Positions 13,290 through 25,799 of a stretch of DNA of 64,000 nt are shown in pieces. The position numbers and the translations under genes are program-made. The notes beneath the pieces were generated by a model. It did no database searches, was not told where the DNA came from, and saw only the letters and a list, made by a program, of their open reading frames with translations. Position 1 is the first letter of the stretch. Each line of letters begins with the position of its first letter. This stretch comes from Octopus sinensis (Eukaryota): positions 92,442,001 through 92,506,000 of the forward strand of contig NC_043004.1 of assembly GCF_006345805.1 (NCBI RefSeq). The letters run 5' to 3'.

Positions 13290-13750
13290 TTCATTCTTGT
13301 TGCTCCCGTTTATCATCCCCATATCACCTATGATTGAGCAGACCAATAATCAAAGATATTCCCGGTATGGGCATCCCAACTTTTGCCACTATATTATCCG
13401 ATATTACCCTTCTTTTATGAGAGCGTGTGTGATTTTTAGGTTGGCTGCTATTTCTATTTCTATTTCAAACTGCTGGAGTAACCAGATAAATGCTGTATAT
13501 GTTCCCTCAACAGTATATTATTGACTATCATCTACACACTTCCACGTGCCAACGAGTGTAGTTCTATGCGGTTAATCGACATGCTAGAAATATCAACCAA
13601 ATCTTCCTCAAATTGCATGTTACCTTCGATAAGAAAAGAATTCATTGGATAACCTCGTTCTAGACACGCTCCTAAAAGGTCGTCATAGTTGGAATATCTT
13701 TGATCACAGAGCTGCTTGCTCAGTTTTTACCCGAGACTAAACAACAACAA
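13290..13750. mobile_element. Two family-E repeats in opposite orientation
   Basis: 13555-13750 (+) tgctagaaatatcaaccaaatctt...ctaaacaacaacaa; 13290-13510 is a reverse-complement homolog; more copies near 9170, 16700, 37770, 56570 and 60230. Confidence 0.65.
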
Positions 13751-14689
13751 AAATTTCGCTATAAATACGAAGTTCTTAATTTTCATCGAATCATCTCAAA
13801 AATATTTGACAAACTAACGTAATTTATTTGCAGTATTATTTCATTACGTGCAGCAAACGTTCAGAGGCGTCGATGTTTTCTGTTTTTAATAAATTACCTT
13901 AATCAACTTAGTTTATTATGTGAAGCTAGCAGATAAGCTACTGGCACGTGTACTTTTGTTATCAAGACGCGAGTGAAAGCGTCTAAGTGTTTGTGGTGGG
14001 TGATGAAGCGGGATATGTGTCATATGGATTACATTAGCATCAATAGGGTAACATGTGCTTCAGTCTGAGGATATTGATAATCTAATCTAAAATGTATGAG
14101 CTTTTTATGGTGGAGGCTTCCGTTGGTGATACTGGTGGTAGTAGACACGGTAGTGATGTAGACAGTAGTGGTGGTGATATTAAAGGCATTGGTGGCATTG
14201 TTGGTGATGGTATCGATGGTGGTGATACCAATTGTTCTTTTTTGGTGGGGTAAGGTCTATGTTTGTGGTGACGATGGTAGTATTAGTAGTAGCAGTACTA
14301 GTGGTTGATGAAGTGATAGAGTTTGTGATGGTTATAAGTGTAGTTGGGTTTGAGGCATTGGTGGTGATGGCGATGGAGGAGAATGTTTTGGTGTTAACAG
14401 AAGCGATGTTGGTGATATTGATGGCGTGCCATTTGTTATGGTGAGCAGCGTCGTCGGGACAGCGTTTGATTAATGGTGTGAAGAAACAATCACATCATTA
14501 ATTTGTTGCTTAGCATTTTCAATCAAACTTCAATATCGATAGCCACACGTACACACGTATCATGAGCACTTTTGTAACTATATCACTAGCACCTATAAGA
14601 GAAATAAAGATTAGTACATACCAAGCTATTTGATTGGGAAGCTAAAGAAGTGACTACCAACAACGAAATTAGACGATTAAGTTGTAGCT

Positions 14690-15715
14690 TTAGCCTTATC
14701 TGAAATTTTACTTTTAATGTATAAAAAGATGTTTTTCCAATCCCAAATGTATCTTTAAAAACTTGACCGAAATTGAGAAAGATTAAGTTAGTAAAAGTAT
14801 CTTTTAAATTCCAACATCTATAACATTAAATATGTCAACTCATTTCTTTTAATCTGTCATTAAATGGTTAAGTAATGTAGATAAAACTGTAGTAAAGAAA
14901 CATTATTTTCAAATTTAGGTAGTTCAGTATAGTAAAGGTGTAGAATGCAGAAGCGATTTTATTGCAAATGGTATTTTAGACATTACAATTCCGTGCGTTG
15001 GGAAATATTACTATTCATTTTGGGTTTAAAGTAATTTCCAGGAATTGCTTTACGTATCTATGGATTTATACGATGAAACATAAGTTTGTGAATTAATAGG
15101 ATGTGCATCTTAGATTTACTGCACAAGAACTTCCGCTCCACAAAATTCGGTCTTTACCGTGATGATGGACTGCTCATTTTGGAAAATATGAATGAACATA
15201 TAATCGATGACCATAGGAAGTAGTTAACGCATTTAAAAAGCCACACATCCCGGCAGATACAAACTTAAATATAATTTCAATTCATTTCTTAAACATAGAT
15301 TTAAGCATTGGTAAAAACTGCTCTTATAGTAACTCCAACAACAATTATAGTATATTAATATAAATCTACATCCGTCACCCAATAATCCTAATAGAACTTA
15401 ATTACTTAACATTATAAGGATAGGTGCATATCCAGCTTATTCTGCCCCTTGGTGAAACGCCATTTAACTCTGCAGCACATTATTACAATATCTAAGAGAA
15501 GGACAATGAATTGAACTCTAGTATATAGTACATAAAGAATAATATTCATACCTATTCATAAATAAAAAAACTAGGAAGAAAAAGATTATAAGCGATGATA
15601 CACATTATATTTTATAGGTAGTTCTAATATTGCCAGAAGTCTCCTAAACCTTATAATTAAACAGTGCTTTATAGATCATAGATATCATAAGATTTTAGCA
15701 AAAATAACTACAAAG
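14690..15715 (+). pseudogene. Decayed Penelope-like element RT
   Basis: ggtctttaccgtgatgatggactg = GLYRDDGL at ~15149; later FLNIDL and RKKKII remnants in PLE order. Confidence 0.7.
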
Positions 15716-16001
15716 TTTTTCTTACAAATTCATGTCTTTGTACGTACGTACATACGTATGTGTGTATGTATGTATGTATGTGTGTATGCATGTATGTATG
15801 TATGTGTGTATGCATGTATGTATGTATATATGCATGTATGTATGTATGTATGCATGCATGTATGTACGCATATAAGTACGAACACGGCCATGATTGTGTA
15901 TTCTTAACTTTTACCCCATTGCATGACCTCAAGTTAACAGTACCGCGTTCGTGTCTACAAAAACTTTGGAAACCCGTTGTGTATGATTCAATTTTCTCTT
16001 T

Positions 16002-16385
16002 TCTTTGTATATATATATATATATATAAAATCCGTTCTGTCTGTGTGTGTGTGTATCTTCTAGGAATTCGGGCATCCTCCATCCGATTGCGCTCAAATTT
16101 GATATGTAGATACCGACAGTATCAGGGCGTGTATAAGTCTTGAAAAAAATTACAAAAATCGATTCCAGTGAGAATGCGATCGATAAAGCCGTGGGAACGT
16201 GCATTTCTACGCGCATGTACATCAGTCCAGATCAGTCTTTTGCTGCTGTCTCAAATTTAGGTTAAACCAGTGTTTCTCAAAGGGGAGACCTATGGGACGC
16301 CCGGACAAGTTGTTTTGAGAAAATTTGGTTTAAATGTTTGACAACTCACCACCGTCCGTTGGACGGTGGGGGTGCGTTTTGCTCG
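16002..16385 (+). mobile_element. Non-autonomous Helitron-like element (second family)
   Basis: 5' tcttt(g)tatata..aaaatccgttctgtctg; 3' hairpin ccaccgtcc-gtt-ggacggtgg (16349-16369), then ctcg|t (variant of CTAG). Confidence 0.5.
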
Positions 16386-16458
<73 letters not shown>

Positions 16459-17229
16459 TGTATGTATGTATGAATGTATTTGAGTGAACCAGTATATACC
16501 AGTGTGAATATCTTGAAGTAATTTATCTAACTAAATCATTCGTTAAATTAGGTCCTGAACCACAAATATAACTAATAAATATTGGGTTGTCCTTAGTTGG
16601 CGAAACAACACTAAAAATAATGTGGCAACATGATCGCAGTCCAGTGACTAAAGTAGTCAAATAAGGCGTATGCGTGCGCATACGCATTATTACTTACAAA
16701 TAGCTACTTCAAATCTTCAATTCACTTCGTACCATCTTTGGAAAAGAGGCGACACTGAATGATGGAGAACTAGATACAATGTTTAAAATATAAACAGTAG
16801 TAGTTACCACTGGAACATTTTTGATAACAGGCCTGCTTGATTAAGTTTGACACGAGTCGAAAGCAGAATAACAAGATCTAATTAGGTGTCTTGCACATAA
16901 GCCAATATTATCGCTTACTTACCTTTCATTCTTTCAGGATCAATAAAACAACCAGTCAATATCGGGAATCAACTGTAATATCCACCCCCCTAACAGCACC
17001 ATCGCTTCTGTCTCACCCACTACTCAAATCTGTTTATGGACTTATGCTAATGTTATAAATCAATATTATTTCTGTTTAGAAAATTCACATCTTGGATATA
17101 ATTTTCCAGCTTCAATTTTCATATGGTTATGTTTTTTTCAGTAATATACTATACATTTTCGTCGATAACACACACATACACACATATATATATATGTATA
17201 TATATACAAATATATATATATTTATATAT

Positions 17230-17312
<83 letters not shown>

Positions 17313-17333
17313 CATATATATATATAAACATAT

Positions 17334-17453
17334 ATACATAAATATAAGAGAGTGTCCACTATGTGGTCGACTCTTGCGCTAAAAATAGATCCGCGGATCT
17401 ATTTTTAGCACAAGAGTCGACCACATAGTGGACACTCTCTTATATTTATGTAT
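17334..17453. repeat. 120-bp near-perfect spacerless palindrome
   Basis: Centre gatccg|cggatc at 17393/17394; one mismatch between the arms. Confidence 0.95.
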
Positions 17454-17588
17454 TAATTTTTACTGTATCCCTGGTTTTTATGCGCTAAACCACTTGGTGT
17501 TAAATTGATGTTATTATTAAATTAATATCCAATTTTTTCACCCTTATTTTTGATATATACATATATATATATGTATATGTATATATGC

Positions 17589-18035
17589 TGAGACCCCCTT
17601 AGGTCGTGGCTGACCATGGGATTGCACCTAGAAAGTTAACCTCCCAGGCGCAAGGCCATGTAGGGGGACAGGGAGTTATGTACAGGGAGGGTGGTCATAC
17701 AAAGAGTTCAGGCCATTTCTGGTCAAGAGAGACTTTGAACCGAGCGGTCGTCAGCATCTTCACTATCTCGTCCGGCAGCTTATTCCACGGATCCGCAACC
17801 CGGACGGAGAAAGCCCCTCTACTTCGATTGAGATAAAATCGTCGTAGATAGAGCTTTTCGGAGTGACCCCGCAACCGACGCTCTGGAGCAAGAGTGAAGA
17901 ACAGCTCTTTCGAGAGGTTACACTTTCCGCTTATGATGTTGTGAGCGAGAATGAGATCACCACGGCGTCGTCGTTCTTCGAGAGAATAAAGGTCAAGCGT
18001 CTTCAGTCTTTCTTCATAAGACAAATGCTTGAGAT
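17589..18035 (-). mobile_element. 5'-truncated CR1-clade LINE (ORF2 C-terminus + 3' UTR)
   Basis: LSYEERLKTLDLYSLEERRRRGDLI...RGHSEKL...FSVRVADPWNKLP...FKVSLD is the typical CR1 ORF2 end; stop at 17695. Confidence 0.9.
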
Positions 18036-18039
18036 AGAT

Positions 18040-18830
18040 AGATTGATAATATGATGAACACGCTATCTTGAAGGCTGCATATCTGGCATCGATATTGATT
18101 TGAGCGTATATCGTTAGACTTACATAAATTATACGCATTGTTTATGTGTATGTATTATGGGAAATGCATAGTATGTGCAAGTGAGGTAGCGGGTGTTTCC
18201 CGGTTAACTCGCATCCATTCAGTTGGAGTAGACTTGTCATTCCTGAGAATAATGTATTGAATTTCATCATGATTGTTCAGGAAAATGTATTCCTGCTTTG
18301 GTAAAAAGACTCTACGTTGTTGAGCAGGAGGATATGAATCGCGTAATTGAAGCACAAACATCTTGAATGCATCATCTGATACTGATTCGTAGCGGCTATT
18401 AATAAAATTTCCGATTTTATCTTTATTTGTGCTTATTAAGTTGTTTTGCGATATTGACAATGACTCGGTCATGACCTGTTGGAGTATATTAACGTATATA
18501 TTTTACATATTTCCCTAATGTACATTTATCTTCATTGCAATGACCTCCATATTTGACAGTAGGAAGATGAAATATGGTATAACCGATCAGATATCCAATT
18601 CTACATCGTATTTTTTTAAAATTTAAAGCCATTATTTCGACGTCAGTTATGTTTTTAACCATTATTATTTTGTAATTTAGTTTACTGATTTTATCATGGA
18701 ACATTTTGTACGTCTTCTATAAATCATGTTCAATATATTGGGTTCACAAAATCCTGCGAAGTAGCCGAATATTGAAGAAAAATAAGAAAGCCACAATTTA
18801 AACAAAAGAAGTATTTTTACTAATAACTAG
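18040..18830 (-). pseudogene. Decayed Helitron Rep(Hel) fragment
   Basis: IYRRR, KYGGHCNE..YVKYIR*YTPTGHD (cf. KY..HINVE..VKYLYKYVYKGHD), NFINSRYES..DSYPP..FLP, TEWMRVN..HFP. Confidence 0.8.
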
Positions 18831-19949
18831 AAATTGTAATTCAGGAAAGTGAATTGTTTCAGGCAATTGATGTTAAGAAAGACTTAAAGTGACGATCAAG
18901 AACAGTATACAGGAGCAAATGAGGAAAGGCTGAACAATGGAAATGAATTGAAAGTGGGAAGAATTTCATAGAAGGGAATGCAAGAAAAATGGAGTTGAGT
19001 GCTGCATTCTAAAATATTGAATAGAGGTAAAATAACAAACCGTTTAACATGTAAAGAATGAAAGGGTTAGACGTTAGTTATGAAATTTTCTGACCAATGT
19101 TGCTAACTATCCTCATACCAATAGAAAGCTATAGAATACGAAATCAGATAACAAACTGTAGTTGGTACTTCTAGCATCTGGCACAACAATTGTAAAACCA
19201 ATTATTGCGAAGCAGATGAGAATGATTTGTAGAGAAATTGCTGAAGAGAGGCGAAGTAGAAAACGGCAAAATATGTGAAGCGTGCAGTGAAATATTAATG
19301 CATGCAAACGGTTATGTGATAGAAATATGAGTTAGTTTGTGATTTAAAAGGGTTATAATAGATGCTTATAACAAGTTAAGAGACCTTTGCAATGCTACTG
19401 CGAAATGATGAACAGCAGTAAGGACGATTATGTGATAGCAGAAGACGTGGCGAGGATTTCATTTCATTGAGATGTAGCTACTATTTCTCACGTATTTAGT
19501 GATCTTTGCAAGAATATAACAATATACTGGAAGACAATGAAATGCATAATGTATATTTATCCGTTCAGCAGATGAATATAGACTTATAAGATCATTTATT
19601 TAAACCAATGAAAATATTGCAGTGGAAGGGGATATTGCCAGATGGGCTTGAAATATGAGCTGGATAATTATAATTGAGTGAAAAGAGGCTCAGTAAACAT
19701 GAAAGCGGAGAAAATGACACAAAAAAAAGAATAATGAAAGAAAAAGGTTGATGAAGAAAGCAAATTTCCTGACGAAACAAAATAAAACAAATAAAATAAA
19801 ATAATTTGATATGTAAAACCGGAAATGAATTTATTAAGCAATAGTTTCTTCATTATGAAAGTGTGGAAATCACAATGGACGTCTGTACATGAGATGTAAA
19901 GCAAGATCGGAATACATGGCAGAAGTGGGAAAAATGTGTGTGTGTGTGT

Positions 19950-19985
<36 letters not shown>

Positions 19986-20102
19986 CGTGTGAGTGTGAGA
20001 GTGAGTGAGTGTGTGTATGTATATATATATACATATAACATATATTGCATATATATATATATATGCAGACGTGCCTGTGTAGTATGAATATTGCTGTTCA
20101 TA

Positions 20103-20875
20103 CACATGGCTCTGAATTCAGTTCCACTGCGTGGCACCTTGGGCAAATGTCTTCCACTATAGCCTCGCCTCGAGTCGACCCTTTGTCAGTGGATTTGGTA
20201 AACGGACACTGAAAGAAGCCCGTTGTATATATGTGTGTGTGTATGTATGTATGTATGTGTGTGTGTGTGTGTTTGTGTATCCGTGTTTGTTCCTCCACCA
20301 TCACTTGACAACCTATTTTAGTGTGTTTACATCCTCCTAAATTAGTGGTTCGGCAAAAGAGACCGATAGAATAAGTACTAAGCTTACAAAGAATAAGTCC
20401 TGGGTGCGATTTGTTCGACTAAAGGCAGTGCTCCAGCATGGCCGAAGTCAAATTACTAAAACAAATGAAAGAATAAAAGACAGGAGTGGCTGTGTGGTAA
20501 GTAGCTTGCTAACCAACCACATGGTTCCGGGTTCAGTCTCACTGCGTGGCACCTTGGGCAAGTGTCTTCTGCTATAGCCCCGGGCCGACCAATGCCTTGT
20601 GAGTGGATTTGGTAGACGGAAACTGAAAGAAGCCTGTCGTATATATGTATATATATATATAAGTGTGTGTGTATATGTTTATGTGTCTGTGTTTGTCCCC
20701 CTAGCATTGCTTGACAACCGATGCTGGTGTGTTTACGTCCCCGTCACTTAGCGGTTCGGCAAAAGAGACCGATAGAATAAGTACTGGGCTTACAAAGAAT
20801 AAGTCCCGACTAAAGGTGGTGCTCCAGCATGGCCGCAGTCAAATGACTGAAACAAGTAAAAGAGTAAAAGAGAGA
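20103..20875 (+). mobile_element. Two tandem SINE family A copies (20103-20480 diverged; 20481-20875)
   Basis: Both match 9561-9995. Confidence 0.85.
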
Positions 20876-21029
20876 GTATATACATACATACATACATACA
20901 TACTACATACATACATACATACATACATACATACATACATACATACATACATACATGTGTCATTCTACAAAACATACAATATACAGTACGATACAAAGGA
21001 GCACGGTAAGGAGTGTATAAAGTCACAAA

Positions 21030-21937
21030 TGACAGAAAAATAGTTTGATGAAATTTTATTTAAGTATCAGAAAATTCTAATTTCACAACAAATTGTTCTG
21101 TAATTTTGAAACATGTAAATAATTTATATTATTATATCTAACTAGCAGTATCGCCCGGCGTTGCTCGGGTTTGTAAGGGAAATAACTATATAAGCATTTT
21201 TAGAGATGTAAAGTATAATAGCCATCTCAATATGGCTAACCACAAAGGGGGGGTGTTACTGTAGCTTTTTACGTTCTGAGATTTAAAAATAAATTTTTAG
21301 AGAGTTACTTCTCTTATATATGCCAAAAATGCATTAAAAATGGGAAAAATTGATGGTAATTTTTTTTAAATCGTAGACTCATCGTAGACGCGCGCTAATA
21401 CCCAGAAGGGCTCGATATGAATCACGACTATAAGATACCCGGTTTTGGTTAAACTGCACCGCAAAATGTGGGAGTAGTTAGGAATCTAAATCGTAGGAGA
21501 CAGACAGCACACAACCTCTCTTTTATATATAAAGATATCTAATAATAAGTACGTTACTTACATGCCTGCATTAATGCAAAATGCAAAAACTCCTTCAAAA
21601 TAATGCAGAATTTAAACTATATCTTTTTAATTTATATCAATTTCATTATTATTATCTTCCATGATTATTTAAAATGTTGACTTTGCGTACCTATAGGAAT
21701 GATACGTCGAGAATCTACAATTTAACAAATACTTTCTTTCACCTGAGGACGTTGCTTAAATTCTGCATTATTTTGAGGGATTTCTTTGAATTCTGCATTA
21801 AATCAGGCATATAAGTAATTTATTATTAAGTATAATAATATAAATTATTTACATGTCTCTAAGTTACGAAATAATTTGTCGTGATATTATAATTTTCTTA
21901 TTGTTAAATATAATTTCATCAAATTATTTCTCAGTCA
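21030..21937. repeat. Diverged long inverted repeat (fold-back) interrupted by a Helitron
   Basis: Left arm 21030-21141 plus 21536-21620 is the reverse complement of 21755-21937 (tgacagaaaaatagtttgatgaaatt vs aatttcatcaaattatttctcagtca). Confidence 0.75.
21142..21535 (-). mobile_element. Non-autonomous Helitron
   Basis: Minus strand A|TCTTTATATATAAAA ... cccgagcaacgccggg hairpin ... CTAG|T; homologous to 42068 and 43428. Confidence 0.9.
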
Positions 21938-21939
21938 GA

Positions 21940-22170
21940 TTGGGCGTTGCGTTGTGTTCTTGAGCAAAGCACTTCATTTCACGTTGCTCTGCGATCATTT
22001 CGACATCTGACATGTGGCACCCAGTTGCATCTTTACAAGTAATGTCGATCTGATGGAGAGAATGAGCTTATGTCTGCACAAACATTTGATCACTACAAAC
22101 AAACCATCTGTGTGATTGTTCGTAAGAAATTGTCGAACCCTCGAACGTCGCCTAACGACAGGGAAGTCCA
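21940..22170 (+). mobile_element. 5'-truncated SINE, C core with an alternative tail
   Basis: ttgtgttcttgagcaaagcacttc core; tail matches the reverse complement of 54190-54340. Confidence 0.7.
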
Positions 22171-22194
22171 TCTTATATATATATATATATATAT

Positions 22195-22425
22195 ATTTCT
22201 TTATTGCCCACATGGGGCTAAACATAGAGTGGGCAAACAAGCACAGACAAAGGGATTAAGTCGATTACATCGACCCCAGTGCGTAACTGGTACTTTATTT
22301 ATCGACCGCGAGAGGATGAAAGGCAAAGTCGACCTCGGCGGAATTCGAACTCAGAACGTAACGGCAGACGAAATACGGCTACGCATTTCGCCCGGCGTGC
22401 TAACGATTCTGCCAGCTCGCCGCCC
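22195..22425 (-). mobile_element. SINE family B, full length
   Basis: Reverse complement of 49279-49510 and 60788-60965. Confidence 0.9.
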
Positions 22426-22481
22426 TATATATATATATATATATATAATATATATATATTATATATATATATATATATATA

Positions 22482-22700
22482 TTCGTAAGGCAACGTGGTG
22501 GTAGTACAGTACTGTAGACAAAACTTTTATAGTTTTGTCTACAGTACTGTACTACCACCACGTTGCCTTACGAATATATATATATATATATATATAATAT
22601 ATATATATTCGTAAGGCAACGTGGTGGTAGTACAGTACTGTAGACAAAACTTTTATGGTTTTGTCTACAGTACTGTACTACCACCACGTTGCCTTACGAA
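22482..22700. repeat. Two tandem ~93-bp hairpins separated by (TA)n
   Basis: ttcgtaaggcaacg...gacaaaac-ttttat(a/g)-gttttgtc...cgttgccttacgaa at 22482-22574 and 22608-22700. Confidence 0.95.
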
Positions 22701-23221
22701 TTGACGTTATTTCGTTCTAACAACAGAAATACTCATTAGCTTGCAACAGGTGGCATCATAGAACACCACCCCCAGTTGTCCTCGGTGTTATGGGTGTCTG
22801 TCTCCTTTTTGTGATTTGTGTCATATAGAATAGCACTCAATATAGTAAAAGGGTGTTTCAGCTTCCTTATCTTCCTTCTCAAGATTGTCTTTTATTTCTC
22901 AGTTCGTGTAGCTCTTTTCTGAAGTTACTAATCAATATGTGTGTGTATGTATGTATGTATGTATGTATGTATGTATGTATGTATGTATGTATTTATGTGT
23001 CTAGTTGCCAGTGCGGCTGTCGCAAATGTTCTAATTCAAGTTAACAATAGTCACGTGAAAAGCACTAGCATTTACATTATAACTTCTAGCCCTTGCACAG
23101 ACACAAATAATAACTCAAACTCGCTTACAAACATCCATCCAGAACCACCCTCATACACACGCATGCGTACACATGCATCCGCGCGCGCACATACACACAC
23201 ATACATACACATATTTTTTTT

Positions 23222-23515
23222 TCTTCGACCAGACCATCAGATGTTGCGATACATCGCTGGTCACAATGCGTTCGCATTGTTTTTTTTAGCCTTCGAATGA
23301 TGCCACCCCGCTGGCTAGGCGAGCAGGCCAACAGAAGAAAGAGAGAAAGAGTGGTGAAAGAGTACAGCAGGGATCACCACCCCCTGCCGGAGCATCGTGG
23401 AGCTTTTCAGGTGTTTTCGCTCAATAAGCACACACAACACCCGGTCTGGGAATCGAAACCACGATCCTACGACCGCGAGTCCGCTGCCCTAACCACTGGG
23501 CCATTGCGCCTCCAC
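23222..23515 (-). mobile_element. SINE D head/core with a third tail type
   Basis: Head identical to 47340-47424; tail ctgctcgcctagccagcggggtggcatc...caacatctga resembles 57140-57250. Confidence 0.85.
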
Positions 23516-25190
23516 ACATACACATATACACTATGTAATTTGTGTTTGTCATATTTTGCGAAGTTTGATTTGTGTGACTAAATACATTAAGTATTCCCGC
23601 CCACTCAGCAATCCAGCCAATCACACGAATATTCAGATAAAGATATTCGCAAATTTGGTGGAAAGTTAAGAATTGGTTTCTCATCCAACAAACGGATTTA
23701 CATTCTTCACTTATTCATGAATTGTGTATTCCTTAATTCTGATGCCAATTTTGAACGTAGTGGCCTACACAAAATTATTTTGAATTTTTGCTTTACTTCG
23801 GTCGGTTTTTATGTCTCCAGCTCTAATTTTCGTTACTAAGAGAAGTGCATTGATCCAATTTCCTACATTTTGAAAAACTCTTCTACTTCAAATTTTTGAG
23901 TGCTACACTCAAGGGATCTGTATATTATTGGGTCTTGTTATATACCTGGCCTTTGTACTCGCTGTCGTATGTCCAATCCCTTTTTGCAATTAGCTTTATT
24001 CAATAGAGTTAGTATTATTTGAACTATCCGCCATATTTTTATTTATAAACAGTTTGTTGTTTTTTGATTAAAAATAGCAACTGTGTATCATTTGAAATCA
24101 TGACTTCTAGGTTTTCTACTAGTGAACACAAATACATTTGTCCATTTAGAATAACTTAATAATAGAAGAAATTAATAATATCAGATTTAAATAGCTATTA
24201 CATTGGCTTGTGATGTAACATGGAGTTTTATATGACACCTGAATCTGCCATCAATGTATTAGAGTGAGGCCACACAGTTAAGTTGATGTTAGTTTAATAT
24301 TCCGACGGCTGGAAGTACAACAACGACAAAATTAGCCCCCATCATAATTTCAGTTCAGAATGTCTAGCTGTGTTACTAGTGCAATATAATGTCACATACC
24401 TTTCTAACATGAATAGATGGTGCCTTTTACATCTCATGTACAAGAACAACGATGCGTTTGAATAATTAATTAGATTTTATACCAGTTCTTGATTGGAAAT
24501 TATTCCTGCACCTCTTTTCCCAAATAATAAAAAGGGATAAAAACTCTGTTCCTGTAATTTGAAAACAGATCGTAAAATAACATAACTGCTGCAAGATAAT
24601 TTGTGACATACTCTTACCGCTTCTGCAACGCTTCAACCATTTTAACTCACTGATGTGCAATGTAAGCCCGGGCATGAAATGCTTCCGAGTGTTTCACGCT
24701 TCGTTTGAATATATAATTAAAAGTTAAGGTTGCAAATGATTTTAATAATCTAACATTGCAACATTCTAATAATACAATGCTAAAATATTTCCTCATTAGC
24801 TCTTCGCGTTGATCTAGTCGTTTTTTGTTCATACTTTTCTGCTTTTGTGCGCCTACGCTTTCATATCAATTAAAACGTTACTAAATAAAGACAAATATAA
24901 GAAGTGGTGGATCGCTGTTGAGGTCAGAGAAAATGCCTTCCAGTATATAATTATGTCCCTTTAGGTTTATAGTTTTAGTGATTTATATCTAAACATATCT
25001 CGTCTGCAATTTTTAGTTCATGCATACAGACACATTGAGTATAGCCATATACATATACATGCGCCCGCGTACACACACACCACACACACACACACACACT
25101 CACACACACACACTCACACACACACACACAACACACACACTCACACACACACACACACTCACACACACATTCACACTCACACACACACAC

Positions 25191-25223
<33 letters not shown>

Positions 25224-25799
25224 GTACATATTTACATGTGAGTGCGTGTATGTGTATGCGCCAGTGTACACGAATATTGAGCACATTTGACATGTACGGA
25301 GTCAACCAAGCAGAAGTGAGTCTAGCTCAATAATCACCATGCTAAAAAATTACTCTTCACCACAGGATTGAACCTTCCCACATTACGAAATCGATAATAA
25401 AATAATGTCAGTTAGCCTTGCTTAGTGTATAAATAACGTAGAGACTTCTTCTATGACGAATAGTTAAGTTAGTGTTCACATATTTAATGTAGGACTAATT
25501 AATAAGGCTAATTAGAAATAATTATTGACTGAGAAAACAAAATATCAGTCATTGGCCATCCCGTTTTTTTTAAAACAATGCATCCAAGATATCATCTACG
25601 AGAAACTTACATGCTATCCGATCAAATGATCGAATTTAGGCTACCTCGATGACTGAAATAAGCAAATATATACAATACATATGTGTGTGTATGTTTACGT
25701 TCGTATTAGACATTGAGTATTAAAGTACCAAATTTATTGTGAAATATTCTCATTATTGTTCATTTTTATTTTCTTAAAAACATTTCCATCCATCCAGCT

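Noticed and set aside
14232-14444. Hydrophobic membrane-protein-like ORF
   Set aside because: Lies in a GTG/GTA-rich low-complexity tract.
22482-22700. CRISPR-like repeat/spacer or miRNA cluster
   Set aside because: Only two long palindromes separated by (TA)n, no unique spacers or cas genes, eukaryotic context; perfect arms suggest fold-back rather than miRNA.
23580-24330. Possible further PLE or LINE relics (also 45900-46440 and 61280-62120)
   Set aside because: Only scattered 3-5 aa resemblances in uncertain order; not supportable without a profile search.
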